This document shows, in pieces, positions 26,284-39,162 of a DNA stretch of 64,000 nucleotides. The translations under genes and the position numbers were made by a program. This DNA is from Dimorphilus gyrociliatus. Lineage: Eukaryota > Animalia > Annelida. Numbering within the stretch: the first letter of the stretch is position 1; each line of letters opens with the position of its first letter. Where the stretch lies: contig CAJFCJ010000016.1 of the NCBI GenBank assembly GCA_904063045.1, forward strand, positions 496,001 through 560,000, in the 5' to 3' direction. Below the pieces are notes generated by a model. It saw only the letters and a program-made list of their open reading frames with translations, ran no database searches and had not been told where the DNA came from.

Positions 26284-26790
26284 AAAATTTTTCTTTTTTT
26301 CTTCAACATGCGCTTTCGTTATGAGCTAAGATCATGGTTTTAAACCCATTTTGGTATTTTGCATTCAATTGTATCATCAGGTGTTTTTAGCAAGCAACCT
26401 TACGTCAAAGAAAAATTGTAAAAAAATCTGGTTTAAATATGTTTACAAGGCTCAGGGTCTATTCCCCATTCAAATCCTTAATTTTCTCCCTTACGTTCAG
26501 TGCACAACAATACACGGCTTGTATTGTTCCGTAATTCATAAAAAATATTGCTCAAGTATCGTTTGAACAATGTTAACGTGTCAGATATTGTATATAATGA
26601 TACGAGAAAAGAAAATTTTATTTTATTCAAGTATTTAAGCAACGAAAGAAATAAAGAAGGAATGGGAAAGAAAGTCTTCTTTCTTTCTTTCTCCATTGCT
26701 TGATAATAGTTAGAAATGCACGAGCCGAATAAAAAAATTGTCTATACATCATTTTAAATAATATTTTTTAATTGTTAAAGAAGTTATTTA

Positions 26791-29700
26791 TTACTTTTCT
26801 TTTTGTAAAGCTTCTATAAATTCCTCTAACAACTCTTGAATTTGCCGTACACGTTCTGAATAGGAAGGCACAGATTAGGTATTTTCTATTATATATAGAA
26901 AAACAATACTCTTTGTAAAACTTACTCAATTCTTCGGCCAATTGAACTCTTCTACCAGTTAATAGACTTTGCAATTTATCTTTATCTTCTGAAAAGTCGT
27001 CTAAAACATTTTTAATATTCCTCTCTAGACGACGAGCTTCATTATTCATAACTTGTTGCCTTAGTGCGTTACTTGTGACTTGTAACATTCTTTGAATTCT
27101 CCAAAATAATACAACATCATTACACTCCATCTAGAGAAAAAATTGAGTATTTAAAAGATAAAAAACATTTCTTTTGTTAAAATTACAACAACAAGGAATT
27201 AAATTTGTAAAAAAAGAATAGTAAAAGTAAAATATAGCAAAAATTATCATGCTAGAAAGACTAAGGTTATAAAAAAATATTGTTAAACTAGAATTACAGA
27301 TTATTACTTTTTAAATGACTGATTGATGAATTTAATATTTTGATTAATTTCCCTTTAAACGTTCTAAAGTTATATAATCAATTTAGTCGCCTTGCAATTA
27401 TTTAAATATAAACAATATTTTATTATAACAATAAAAATGACTATGTAAATGATAACACTATTTCCAACTATGTCAACCATTGAGAAATAGGAATGTATTA
27501 ACTTAAAAACTTAATAATATTAGGCATTTTGCTTTGAAAGAGTTGTCTAATAGAAAAGGCTAATTAAACTTTGGGATTATATACAATCTTTCTTTGTATA
27601 CATTTGTTCACTAAGCTTCCCAGCGTTTAATTTACATTTTAGAAAAAGAAAATTCACACACAACACGTTTTCTATTCTACTACCATTAAACTTACCAGCT
27701 TACGTCCGTCACCCTTTATATATGTGTATATACGTATATATATATATATATATATATACATATATGCGTGTGTATATGTATATGTATATGTATATTGATT
27801 TATGAATATATATATAAGGGGCGAAAAAATGATCGGAACAATGTCACTTTGGCTAAATACCATGCTTTTGGATTTTTTTTATCAATACTTAATTCTTACC
27901 AGTTTACTTACGCTCTCAAGAGCAAACTTTATTGGTTAGCTATGGAGCCTATTATGAATTGAAGTAATGACTAGAGGCTAAGCTCGTACTATAATCCATT
28001 TCTATCCTAAAAACAATATTTCCAAAGGAAACTATCTCGTTTAGGAAGTCTTTCAAGTATCGGTTCAATAACATGTGGAAGTCTGCCATTCTTTGAATTT
28101 AGGTGTCAGCTGATAGGATCCTTAAGATCCAATATTTTTCACTAAAATCCAAATGTACTTTACAATATTTGAAAGCCGAAAGCAAAAATCTTCAGTAAGT
28201 CTTCTAAATTAAATATTGTATTCTCTATAATTTGTTCTTGTATTCTGTGAGTGAAGATCCTATCCTTTACTTTTCTGGTACAAATTTTCCCATTTAAATA
28301 TCAATACGTAAATAACTAAACATGCCTCCTCTTTGGTCCATTGAATGACATATCACCGTGGTTATAGTCAAGAATAATTAATCAAATTAATGAATATATA
28401 GGGAATTGTTCCGTTTTCATTTGATCGCCCCTTATATATTATGCTATGCTTTTAAGTATGTGATAAACAACAGTAAGAAATACTCTTATGGAGTTTTTGA
28501 ATTCAAGATGATTTTAATAAAAGACTCACCCCAGACTCTGTAAATCCTCGTTGGTAATAGTAAAATCCTTTCCTACATTCAGATACTGTGTTTAATGACT
28601 TCTTTAGAAAATTCTTTCTATATAGAGGATGCCAAGTTTCTTTAAGCTGACGGACAAAAATACAAAAATATTTAAAAGTTCAAAATTATATAGATAATTA
28701 ATAAAACAAACAAATTCAGCGTCAACGAACACTCCATGCGTTTCAAGATTTTTTCTGACTGTTGTTAACTCTTCATAAGATAGATGTGGTGTATGTTTCT
28801 AAAAGAGAAAAGCAGAAGAAAAGTTTATTAAAATTAACGCTAATTTCTACTATTATAATTTATTCAATTCTAAATTTTACTTACTTTATGAGATGTCATC
28901 AATTTTTCTAATTCTTTTAATGCAACACAACGATTTTGTTGTTCAGCTGTTTTACTTTTCCAATTATACCATTGTTCTCTTGTTCCCGGTCCTTTCATTC
29001 TCTTTAATGTATTTTCAACCATTTCTAATTGCTCATTGACAGCAGTTTCCATAAATTTAACAGCACTATCCCATTGATTTTTATCTGATACGGATCTATC
29101 TTCTAAGATATTTCTTTGAATAACCCTTAATGATTGTTCCGCTTTGGAATCCCACTCATGTTTTTCCATTGAAGCGTCTCTTACCGCTACCTTCAATTTC
29201 TCAAATATATTATCGCTTTCTCCTCTTTTTAACATGTTAGAAAATTGCTCTTTTAACGTTTGTTGCCCTACTTCTACACACTTTTTAGGTAATTGTTGAT
29301 CAGCCCATTGTTTTAATTTAATATCAATAGTAGTATTAAAAGTTCCAGAATTCTCACTCTGCGCAGCAAGTAAATAGATATTTTCGAAAACGTGAGTAGT
29401 CATCTTTTCCCACAAAGTTTTCGTAAAAGCATCTTCCCATTGTCTAGGTGAAATATTGCTTAGATTAATTAATTCGTCTAAAATTTCCCCTCTGGCTTTT
29501 TCAAATAGTTCTTCTCTATCCAATTCTCGAACTTTTGAAAATGTATTCTTCCATTCAGTTTCCAAATTAAATCTTGTCGCTAAAAGAATATAAGAAAAAC
29601 AATACGATTTATTTATAATGTATAATAATATTAAGATTCTATTTTAATAGAATTGAAACCTTTAAAACTATCGGCTTGCTGTTCGACGGAAGCTTGAACC

Positions 29701-32434
29701 ATTTTCCAAAAACATTCGCTAACTGCGCAACTAAGATTATGGGTTGTCATATTCGACGCTTTTAAAACTCCAGCTTTGAATAATTTTGAATTACGGAAAA
29801 AGCTCTCTTCATAGTCTTTAATAGTAGATATACTATCCTCCGTATTGCCTAATTAAGAATAATAATGAACTTTATCACTTATATTGTCTATGTATTATAT
29901 ACCTTTGCCAGTTACAACGGCAAAATATCCCAAAGCTTTCATAGGGAATAATCGTCCTTCAAGAATTTTTTGTATCTAGAAAAATTTTCACGAGTCATGA
30001 GTCATGTTCTTGTTATCTATACTTAAATCTAATATTAAGAAAAGGCTGTATGGAACGTACTCTGTCTGGATTATATAAGTTACTTTCGGCCAGATCAACT
30101 TTCGTTAAAACGAATATAGTTCTTTTACCAGAAGGATCCATTGTGCTCACTAAATCAGTTACATTACTTCTCTCAGCGTCTATTGAGCCGTCTGTTGAAA
30201 GTAAATATATGTAAAGTGTATCTATAACTATTCCTATAGATTCGATTAAGTTTACCTTGGATGCAAAGGATAATTGCGTTTGGATTTTCCATATGTTGCA
30301 AGCACATTTTTCTTATAGAGTCCTTAGTATCATGCGACATGTCAGTTGTTACAGTCTGAATAAAAATTGTAAGGATCCATTAGTCAAGTCTAAACAATAT
30401 AACAGGTCAACTCCTACGCTAATTATTCCTGGAAGATCAACAAGCACCATTCTTTGCAGACCAGGTCCCTTAACGGTCATTGAAATTATCTAATTTAGCG
30501 GAAATAAAAGTTAATTTAATTTTATATATCAAATATTTGTAAATTACGAATAGATTGAGTACTTACATCGCTACTGACGGTTTTACCCGAGCCAACAGAA
30601 GCTTTCATCCTTACTTCAACCTCTTTCCTCAGAGCGTCCAATTCTGATTCCTTTGTCAGATCAAATTCTCTTGTGCTATCTTTAAATTTGGCAATGTGAT
30701 AAGGTCCTTCACTCAACGTAACTTTTACAGGTGATCTGGTCATCATTTCGCCCGATCCTCTTGGAAATATTCTAGCCTTAGCAATCATTTCTAAAACGCT
30801 AGTTTTCCCTGAACTTTGATCCCCAACAACTACTACTCGGGGAAGATGATCTTGGGTATTATAGCTAGAGTCGTAATCAGCTAGCTCATCCAGCACCTCT
30901 GAATACATGTCAATAGGCGATCTTTTCAATTTTCTTTTCTTAGTATCCTTTTGCCCTTTCAGTAGTATTTGTTTACGTAAATCCCGATTTTCTTTCTCTA
31001 ATTTATCGATAAGCTTTTGATATTTTGTCTGAGTTTTCATCAATTCATCTTGTAATTCGTCAACTTTTTCTCTATCCCTTTTCTTCGAAATTAAGAATAT
31101 TTAATTAATTAAACTTTATGTACTTTAGTTATTTAAAAATAAAACAAACAAGTTAAAAAAAAATCAATATTTACAGGACTGCTTCCATTGGGAGCAACAC
31201 CTTGAAATGGGAGAACAGGGAGTGGAGTTACAAAATCTGAATCTGTTAAAAAGAATATAAAATGTTTAAGAATGCTACCAAAAAGGAATGATATAGTATC
31301 AATTATAAATGAAAAGAGCTACAGTAACATTGTCGGTTTTGTTTTTGTTTGGGTGTAGAATACAAGATTACTAGCACTTTTAATTAAGATAATAAAGCTT
31401 TCATAATGATGAAAGTCGTTATTATCATTATTACTGTCAAATTATAAAATTGACAATAATTTACTATTTAAAATTCATTATTAATATTATAGTAGTATCT
31501 TAAACTTGGATATATTTCTAATGATTATTTTTAAAATCGAGCCTCGCATTCCACACACCGTTCAATTCAGCAACATTTATGTAATTTCCATAAAATCCAC
31601 CTGTGTTTTTTAAGTTGATTTATCTTAAAGAAATAATATGCTGAAAGAAAAGAAAACAAACCATCCGTTTGTAGTAAATCACTTTCTTGTAAACCGTCCC
31701 ACCATTCTTTTAAATCGTCTAACTTTTTCAAGATTAAGCCTTCACTAAATTTCGCATCAGGCATTTGAAAAGACTGTTGAATTTTATTAAACTTTTTCAT
31801 ATAGCTATCTAGTTTTTCCTGTTCAGGAAGGTAATTTTTTATCCAACTGAAATCTGGTACTTGTTCCTTGATTGCCTCATATTTCTGTATTAATATAAGT
31901 AGTTAACGGCTTAATATTTAGTGAATATATGATTTACCTGATGAATAGAATATCCAATACCACCAGCTCCTGTTAGGACAATATAACGTATTTTTAGGAG
32001 TCTTCCAGCTGCCTTAACAAAACGGAAGGGTGTGAAAAATCTTGTTTGCATATCAAGCATTTGAGGATAGTTTTTATTCAATAAATTGACAGTGTCTCTT
32101 TTAACTAAAGTATGATAAGCGGAAGAGTCTTTTATCATCAGATAATGAGGTTTCGATGAATGTTGAAAGGTTCTAGAGCATAAGGAACAGGCAGGGCTGA
32201 AAAATTATTTTTAGCGATTTAAACAAGAACTCTTTTGTAGAATAGAATAATGACTTTTATCTTATATTATTCTATTTCAAATTATTCAACGACATATTTA
32301 ATAATAGTGATTATTTTTTGCAAATTTCGTCATTTGCTATAAAATAGAATATTTTTAAAATTAAGATACGTTGATAGATTAAAAATGCGATTTTAAAAAT
32401 ATTACCCAAAATTTCCTCTTAATAATCTTAACAT
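26791..32434 (-). CDS. OPA1: Mitochondrial dynamin-like GTPase OPA1, multi-exon
   Basis: Start exon [10 protein letters not shown] (ATG 32434), [12 protein letters not shown] region, [50 protein letters not shown], and C-terminus [34 protein letters not shown]. Confidence 0.96.
27719..27812. repeat. (TA)n/(TATG)n microsatellite in OPA1 intron
   Basis: Read directly. It generates the spurious ORFs 27672-27863 and 27768-27962. Confidence 0.85.
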
Positions 32435-32571
32435 GGTAAAATGAATTTAATGTATATAATATATTGAGGAATATTGTTTATGATCGAAAATGACTTTGAT
32501 TCGGGAAGATAACCTTGACCTTGAACATGGACAATGCTAAACGATCAGGAACAAATTTGCAGACTATCAAA
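32435..32571. promoter_or_regulatory. 137-bp bidirectional promoter OPA1/GTF2H2
   Basis: Divergent ATGs at 32434 and 32572; the spacer contains TGACCTTGA and TGACTTTGA. Confidence 0.55.
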
Positions 32572-34509
32572 ATGGCGGCAGCCGACGATGATATCGAAAA
32601 GGGATACGCCTGGGAAACGGAGTATGAACGAACATGGTAAGATTGATAGATTATTTTATACTTTACAAAATAATCTTCAACTAGGTTTCTTTTAGATAAT
32701 TTTTTGTCTCAAAATATGTCCAAAATTTGCCTTTTAACTTTAACATGTTTTTTAACCATCAAATATCGCTCTTAGGGAAGGCTTAACGGAAGACTCAAGT
32801 GGCTCGCTACAATCCAGTGTCAACGAAATTATACGTGGAAACAAGAAAAAGCAAATAATTAAAAGAGCTTCCAATCTTAAACTTGGAATGGTTAGAAATA
32901 CACCACCAAAACCCTACAATATTTAAACATCTTTTCAACTTTCACCCTAGATAAGGTACCTTTTCTTAGTGATAGACGCCTCAAACGCAATGAATGAACA
33001 GGATTTAAAACCAAATCGTCTAATAGCAACTACAAAAGTATTTTATTATTTAAGGAAATCAATTTGAAATTACTGAAAGTTTTAACTTTCCCTCTCAGCT
33101 CTTAGAAACGTTCATACACGAGTTCTTCGATCAAAATCCTATTAGTCAACTGGGTATAATCTCAACATCAAATAAGCGATCAGCAATTATTTCGGACTTA
33201 TCAGGTAGGCAATAAATAAAATTATTCCAAAACGAAAACAAAATAACATTGTACATTGCTGCAGGGGATATTCGACGTCATCTTAATTCACTACAAAAAT
33301 TAACCTCAGGTGCCGGGGAGCCATCATTACAGAATTCATATGAGGTATAATTTCTTTAAATCAATCATTTTTTTTTACGAAACTAATTAGAAGTATAATT
33401 TCCTAGATGGCTATTTCTGTATTAAAATACGTGCCAGACCATTCCAGTAGAGAAATCTTAACTCTCTGTGGGAGTTTAACAACCTGTGATCCATTTGATA
33501 TTAATTTTACAATAAAAACTCTTCGGGAGCATCGAATTCGAGTATCGATTATTGGCTTAGCTGCTGAAGTTCGTATTATGAAAGTTCTGTGCAAAAATAC
33601 TGACGGTTTGTAATTTGAAGAAAAATATTATAGATTTTAAGCAGTGTATCTGCATTTTAGGTAAATATGCAGTTATGATGGACGTTCCTCATTTAAAAGA
33701 GTTATTAAATGATCAAGTAGCACCACCCCCAATATATGTAAGATAGATATTCGAGAAATCCTTTTTTTATTTCAATTGTCATTTTACTCCCTATGGTAAT
33801 AGAAAGAAACAAAACCTTCTCTTGTGCTTATGGGCTTTCCAAACGAAATATCTGCTGATGATGCTATGTTAAGTACCTGTTGGTGGTAAGTTTACTTATT
33901 CAGCTATAAAAGAACTATAAACTAATTAGTATGTCTAATCTCCATTTTTTTCTAGTCATATTAAAAATGAAGCAAAAATTACTGGTCACGGATATCTTTG
34001 TCCAAGATGTCAAGCCAAGTGCTGCGATTTGCCGTCTGAATGCCAAGTTTGCGGTAAGAATAACAATTTTAATTGATGTTTTGCGTAAAATAAGTTTAAT
34101 TGATTCACTGTCCTAAAACAGGTATTTTACTCGTATCTGCACCTCACTTAGCTAGATCTTATCATCATTTGTTTCCCTTGGCTCCTTTTAATGATGTATC
34201 AACTGAAGACGCACTACCAGCTCATAGACGGTTAGTAGCGTATATACAAGTATACATATGTCTTTAAATAACGAATATTTTTATTAACCATTAACATTGT
34301 AGATTTTGCACTTCGTGTCAAACTTACTTAACGGACAAAATCGTTAGTTTTTAAGTAATTAAGTTTTTAAATTGAACTAACTTTTTCTTTATTGTTTTCA
34401 GAGCTATCAATGCCAAAAATGTAACTCCGTATTCTGTGTGGATTGTGATGTTTTTATACACGACTCTCTTCATACTTGTCCTGTTTGCACGTCGGGCAAA
34501 ACCAACTAA
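32572..34509 (+). CDS. GTF2H2: TFIIH subunit p44 (SSL1 ortholog)
   Basis: [22 protein letters not shown], vWA exons ([65 protein letters not shown]), C4 finger [22 protein letters not shown] and C-terminal [18 protein letters not shown]. Confidence 0.95.
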
Positions 34510-34769
34510 ATTTCAAAGATCTCTTAATATTTATAAAAATGTGAATAATTAAGATTAGTATGCAATGTATCTTTTGTATGAAAATTCCGATGACAATACA
34601 ATAAAACAAGAAAGTCTGAAGAGTACTTGACTAGGCATGACATTTATCTTGATTTAAAGAATCATTTAACTGAACTTTGACACGATATCAAGAACAAGTT
34701 AAGTGGTTTATAAACTTTCAAACTTACGAAAGTACTATACTTTCTCTCATTTTCGTATTTTTTTGAGAA

Positions 34770-34777
34770 CCGGAAGT
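34770..34777 (+). promoter_or_regulatory. ETS/GABP-type site CCGGAAGT just upstream of the ZDHHC start
   Basis: Exact consensus CCGGAAGT ending 7 nt before the ATG at 34785. Confidence 0.4.
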
Positions 34778-34784
34778 TGACAAA

Positions 34785-36469
34785 ATGGCCGTCTTCCGGT
34801 CGGATCCTTGTGGAATTTTGTGTATGATTATAACGTATTTGTGTGTCTGTTACGCCGACTATGTTGTTGTCAAACATTTAGTAATTGCTTCTATGTCTGA
34901 TTCGTAAGTATCATTTAATATGACATTTCTAAATAATTATCTTATCGTGTTTTTCGTAATTGCAATTAACACAGGTTATGGGGAGCTTTAAACGCCTTTG
35001 TATTTAACATAATTATTTTTCTACTGGTCGTATCTCACTTAAGGGCAGTGTTTAGCGATCCTGGTCTGGTACCATTGCCTAGGAACCGATTAGATTTCTC
35101 AGATATGCAAGAAGAAAGAGGTTCTAAAGAGGAGGACGGATGGACTGTGTGTATGAAATGCGAAACATACAGGCCTCCTAGAGCACATCATTGCAGAGTG
35201 TGTAGACGCTGTGTGAAAAAAATGGATCACCACTGTCCTTGGTATGTATTAAAAGTAGTAAATATCAGAGTAGAAAGAATGAAAAAGTTTTAAACGATGA
35301 TCTCAGCCCTCCTAAGTAATTATTATAAACTTTACAAAAGTTTAAGTCTACAAAGCATAAAAATGTGCTCAATTAATGACTTTTGTTTCACTTGGAAGAG
35401 TTTAAGTGCTTATTTCTTTCCTTTTAATCTAATTTTTTGTATTTCTATGAGTGAAGTTTTTAAGATTCAACTAAGTTTAATAAAGGAGATAAGTCAAAGA
35501 GGATGCTGTATTGAAAAGTACAGTTTATTGTACTTTTTACAATACATAATCTCCTTATCATTTCCGTATCCTGTTTATCTATAAAAAATTTTATTTGAAT
35601 AGCCATTCGAAATATAAAAAAGTATAGAAAGAAGAGATTAATAAATAAAAGATAAGAACATCCTGATAATTGTATAATGTAATGGTTTTTCTTTCTCTAT
35701 CCAACTGATGTATTGCCCAATGGATTTAAATTAATAATTATTAGAGAGGGAATGCAGGCGGATCGAAATTTTGTAGAAGAAAACAAACTATATTTATATA
35801 GACTGATAGCATATAATTTTTTATATCAATAATAAATGTATGCGATGGTGTATATAGACAATAGTATAGGCTTAATTTGTATTTGTATAAAATTATACCG
35901 GCTGGCGGTCAATTATAGTAAATACAAATATATATTTTTAAAGATTATATGTTATAAGCTCCTTTCTATTCCTTTCATACAGGATTAACAATTGTGTGGG
36001 AGAATATAATCAAAAGTTTTTTATTCAATTTCTCTTTTACGTTGGTAAGATATAAACATTTACTTTCTTTTTTTTAATGATACAATAAATTAAATTATTT
36101 GTTACTTTCAATTCAGGTTTGTCTTCTCTCTACGCAATAGCATTAGTTATAGCATCCTTTGTTATTGATTCAAATAGCTCTTCTAAGAACGATGAATCCG
36201 CTCGTACTAAACTTGTGCATTCCATTGTTCTGATTATTGAATGTGTCCTTTTCGGCTTATTTGTTATAGCTATTGGATGCGATCAGTTCCAAGCAATTCT
36301 TAGTGATGAAACAGCAGTGGAACATGTGAAAGGACAAGGTCGATATCGACCGAAGAGACCGAAAATATCTCTGCTAGCGGAAGTCTTTGGTCGAGGGTCA
36401 AAATGGCTATGGCTGTGCCCCTTCTCTTTCCGTCCTATTACAGTAGAAGTCGCAAACTATGCAGTATGA
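34785..36469 (+). CDS. DHHC palmitoyltransferase (ZDHHC3/7-like)
   Basis: MAVFRSDPCGILC..YADYVVV, AVFSDPG, DHHC-CRD CMKCETYRPPRAHHCRVCRRCVKKMDHHCPW/INNCVGEYNQKFF, TM3-4 and DETAVE (TTxE-like) motif. Confidence 0.92.
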
Positions 36470-37351
36470 CATGAGGGGCGGGCGACTTCTCCAATACAAG
36501 AACAGCCTGCTGTTGAGCCAATTGAATCGGCTAGTAGCCAAGAAATGATGATATCCAGAATTTAGAGAGTCGTCCGCGAGTACATTTTAGTTGACTGATC
36601 TTTTATCTTTTGTATTGCTTTAATCGTCAACAATAGGCAGTTTTTGTATTTGAAACGATTTGACAATACTCCCGAATGCTAGATGGAATCTCCATGGTTT
36701 GTCAAGAATTTAATAATATAAATTGAAGGATTGTCGTATCTATTTTTAAGTTTATAGAACAATCAAATTTATCATCGAACTTATGCTAAAGTTTGACTGT
36801 TTGCTTTTATTATTGAATACATTCTACAAGGAATAAAACCTAGTTTGATGAGACTCATTTTCTTCTCATTTACTTTTTGTCATGTTTCCTACTTTCATTT
36901 ATTCAAATCTCAATTCAACTTGCACCAAGATTGCGCCTGTTATTTATTTCTTGAAAAGATAAGCCGCAAGCTGTTACGTGCCAGCTAATTAGTATACGCA
37001 AAAATCCGGATATTTCAAAAAAACAAGCTACCAAAAATACAACGTTCACAATAGTTTTGAGCGGCCCGACAGACTCTCAAACGGTAGCACTAAACCAATT
37101 AAGCTAAACAATCAAAGAAAAAACCCCGGCATACTAGTATAACGCCTGTTTCACGATTTACAATTCTTCCTCAAACAATTAAACATGCCTTTTATAGTGT
37201 CTCAGCAGACAAGCAACCATTTTTGTTTAGAAATCAATGAACACGAGAATAATAACGAACAAACTTAAACCTATAGAGTGTTGTTACACTACGTTGGACG
37301 AAATGAAAGAAAAACAAACAAGATTTCTCGGCCGCTCTCTCCAACTCTTTC

Positions 37352-38843
37352 TTACTTTGGAGTGGTGGTTGCTTCATCAGCGGCTTTGCTTTCATCATAG
37401 CTACCTTCATCGTCGCTTCCCTTTTCACGGCGCCCTGAACCGCCACGTCCTCCACGATAACCTCTGCTGAACCTGCCACGACCGCGTCCTCTTCCACCGC
37501 GGAATGCACGGTATCCTCTAAATCCACGGTATCCATAAAACTCGTTGCGATAGTAGTTTCCACGATAATATCCACGACCTCTGCCTCGAGCTACTACTTG
37601 TCCACCGTCCCCGTCTCCGCGTCCTCTTCCTCGGTATCCACTACCCATACTGCGGCCCCGGAATCCGCCACCGCCAAAGGGGCGACGACGCCAAAAGGGA
37701 CGACGAGGTGGACCAGTTGATTTTTCTTCTCCTTCCTCTTCATTTCCCTCACTGCGTTCTTCCTTATCTCCTCCTGACTATTGTCCGGAATAGAAAAAGT
37801 ATAAATTACAGAGCTCGATGAGATATTTATAAACACTTTAGCTTCTTTCGAAAGAGAATTTTTTCGTGATATGAATTTCATCTAACTTTCTATCTAATAC
37901 CGCGCACGAAACTGTATTAAATAAAAACCAAATACCTGACGACCGCGTCCACGACCTCTTGGATAAAAACGTCTAAAGCGTCTTCTGTCGGCAGCGTACT
38001 TGCTTCCCTGAACAGCTTGTCCATCAGGTCCAGTGACACGGACTGCCTCGTTACCTGATTAATAAAAAAGTAAACAATAAATTTTAATCTCTATCTGATA
38101 AGTTGAAAATTAGATATGCTTTTTTAAAAACTTTGAACACTAACAATCCAATTTCTTTTAAAATATTTGAAAAAAAAATTGAAATTCTTTTATAACAGGT
38201 GCAGAAAAACTGCATGATATTGACTCCTTATATAGGTTTTTAAAAAATCTTACAAGTTTCAATGCTTAAATTATTTAAAATCAACAAAGATGTGGCAAGG
38301 AAAAATTTTAAAAGCATTTTGTAGAAAAAAACAATCTTACAAATTGTTTAAGATGTTTTTGAAACATTTGAGTTGTATCAAGCGTTTGAAAAAACATCGA
38401 ATTACCTTTTTCACCTGCAACTACGTCGAATTCGACGGTCTCTCCGTCACCCACGCTTCTCAAATATTTGCGAGGGTTGTTCTTAATAATGGCTGTTTGA
38501 TGCACGAAGACGTCTTCTTTGGTGTCGTCACTGGAAGTAAAGAAAACAATTGCATTATATTATGCAATTAGTGCAGAAATTATCGTCTTACCGATTAATG
38601 AAGCCATATCCACTTTTTACGTTAAACCACTTTACAGTTCCTTTCACCTTGGTCGCTGAAAATCATAACGGTTAATTCAAAATATTTTTTCGTAAACACG
38701 TGCAACGGTCGTCGCCATGTTGGAACCGCTACTCGCTATTATTTATATTCTTAAAAAACACCTATAAAAGTATGAAACCTACCCAAAACTTTCTTCTCTG
38801 CTGCTTCTCCTTTTTCTTCTGCTGATTTGTCCGTGTCGGACAT
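37352..38843 (-). CDS. YBX: Y-box cold-shock-domain protein (YBX1/2/3-like)
   Basis: [20 protein letters not shown] / [21 protein letters not shown] / [38 protein letters not shown] / [24 protein letters not shown], followed by an RG/Y-rich tail. Confidence 0.95.
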
Positions 38844-39162
38844 GGCTCCAAGATGTTACTAGATGGAAAAATTCGAAAATCGACACGATACGATCTAATT
38901 TACCGCTCCTTTGTTCTTGCTCTTACTGAACATGGCGGCGGCCCTAGGGTTATCGCTGATTGGTTATTTCATTTTGTTAACTTATTGCTGATTTGTTGAT
39001 TCCTGCCACGTTTTCATCTATTGGATGAACTATTTTTATTTGACGTGTATTATGAATATTTATAAATTTTGTATTTTATTCATATCTTAGGAGTTATGTG
39101 TCTAAGTTTAAGTAATAAACCGGTACAACAAAAATAATGATCACAAACGTGCATACAGTAAA

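Noticed and set aside
37234-37881. Several overlapping ORFs in the Y-box region
   Set aside because: Alternate frames of the RG-rich YBX exons.
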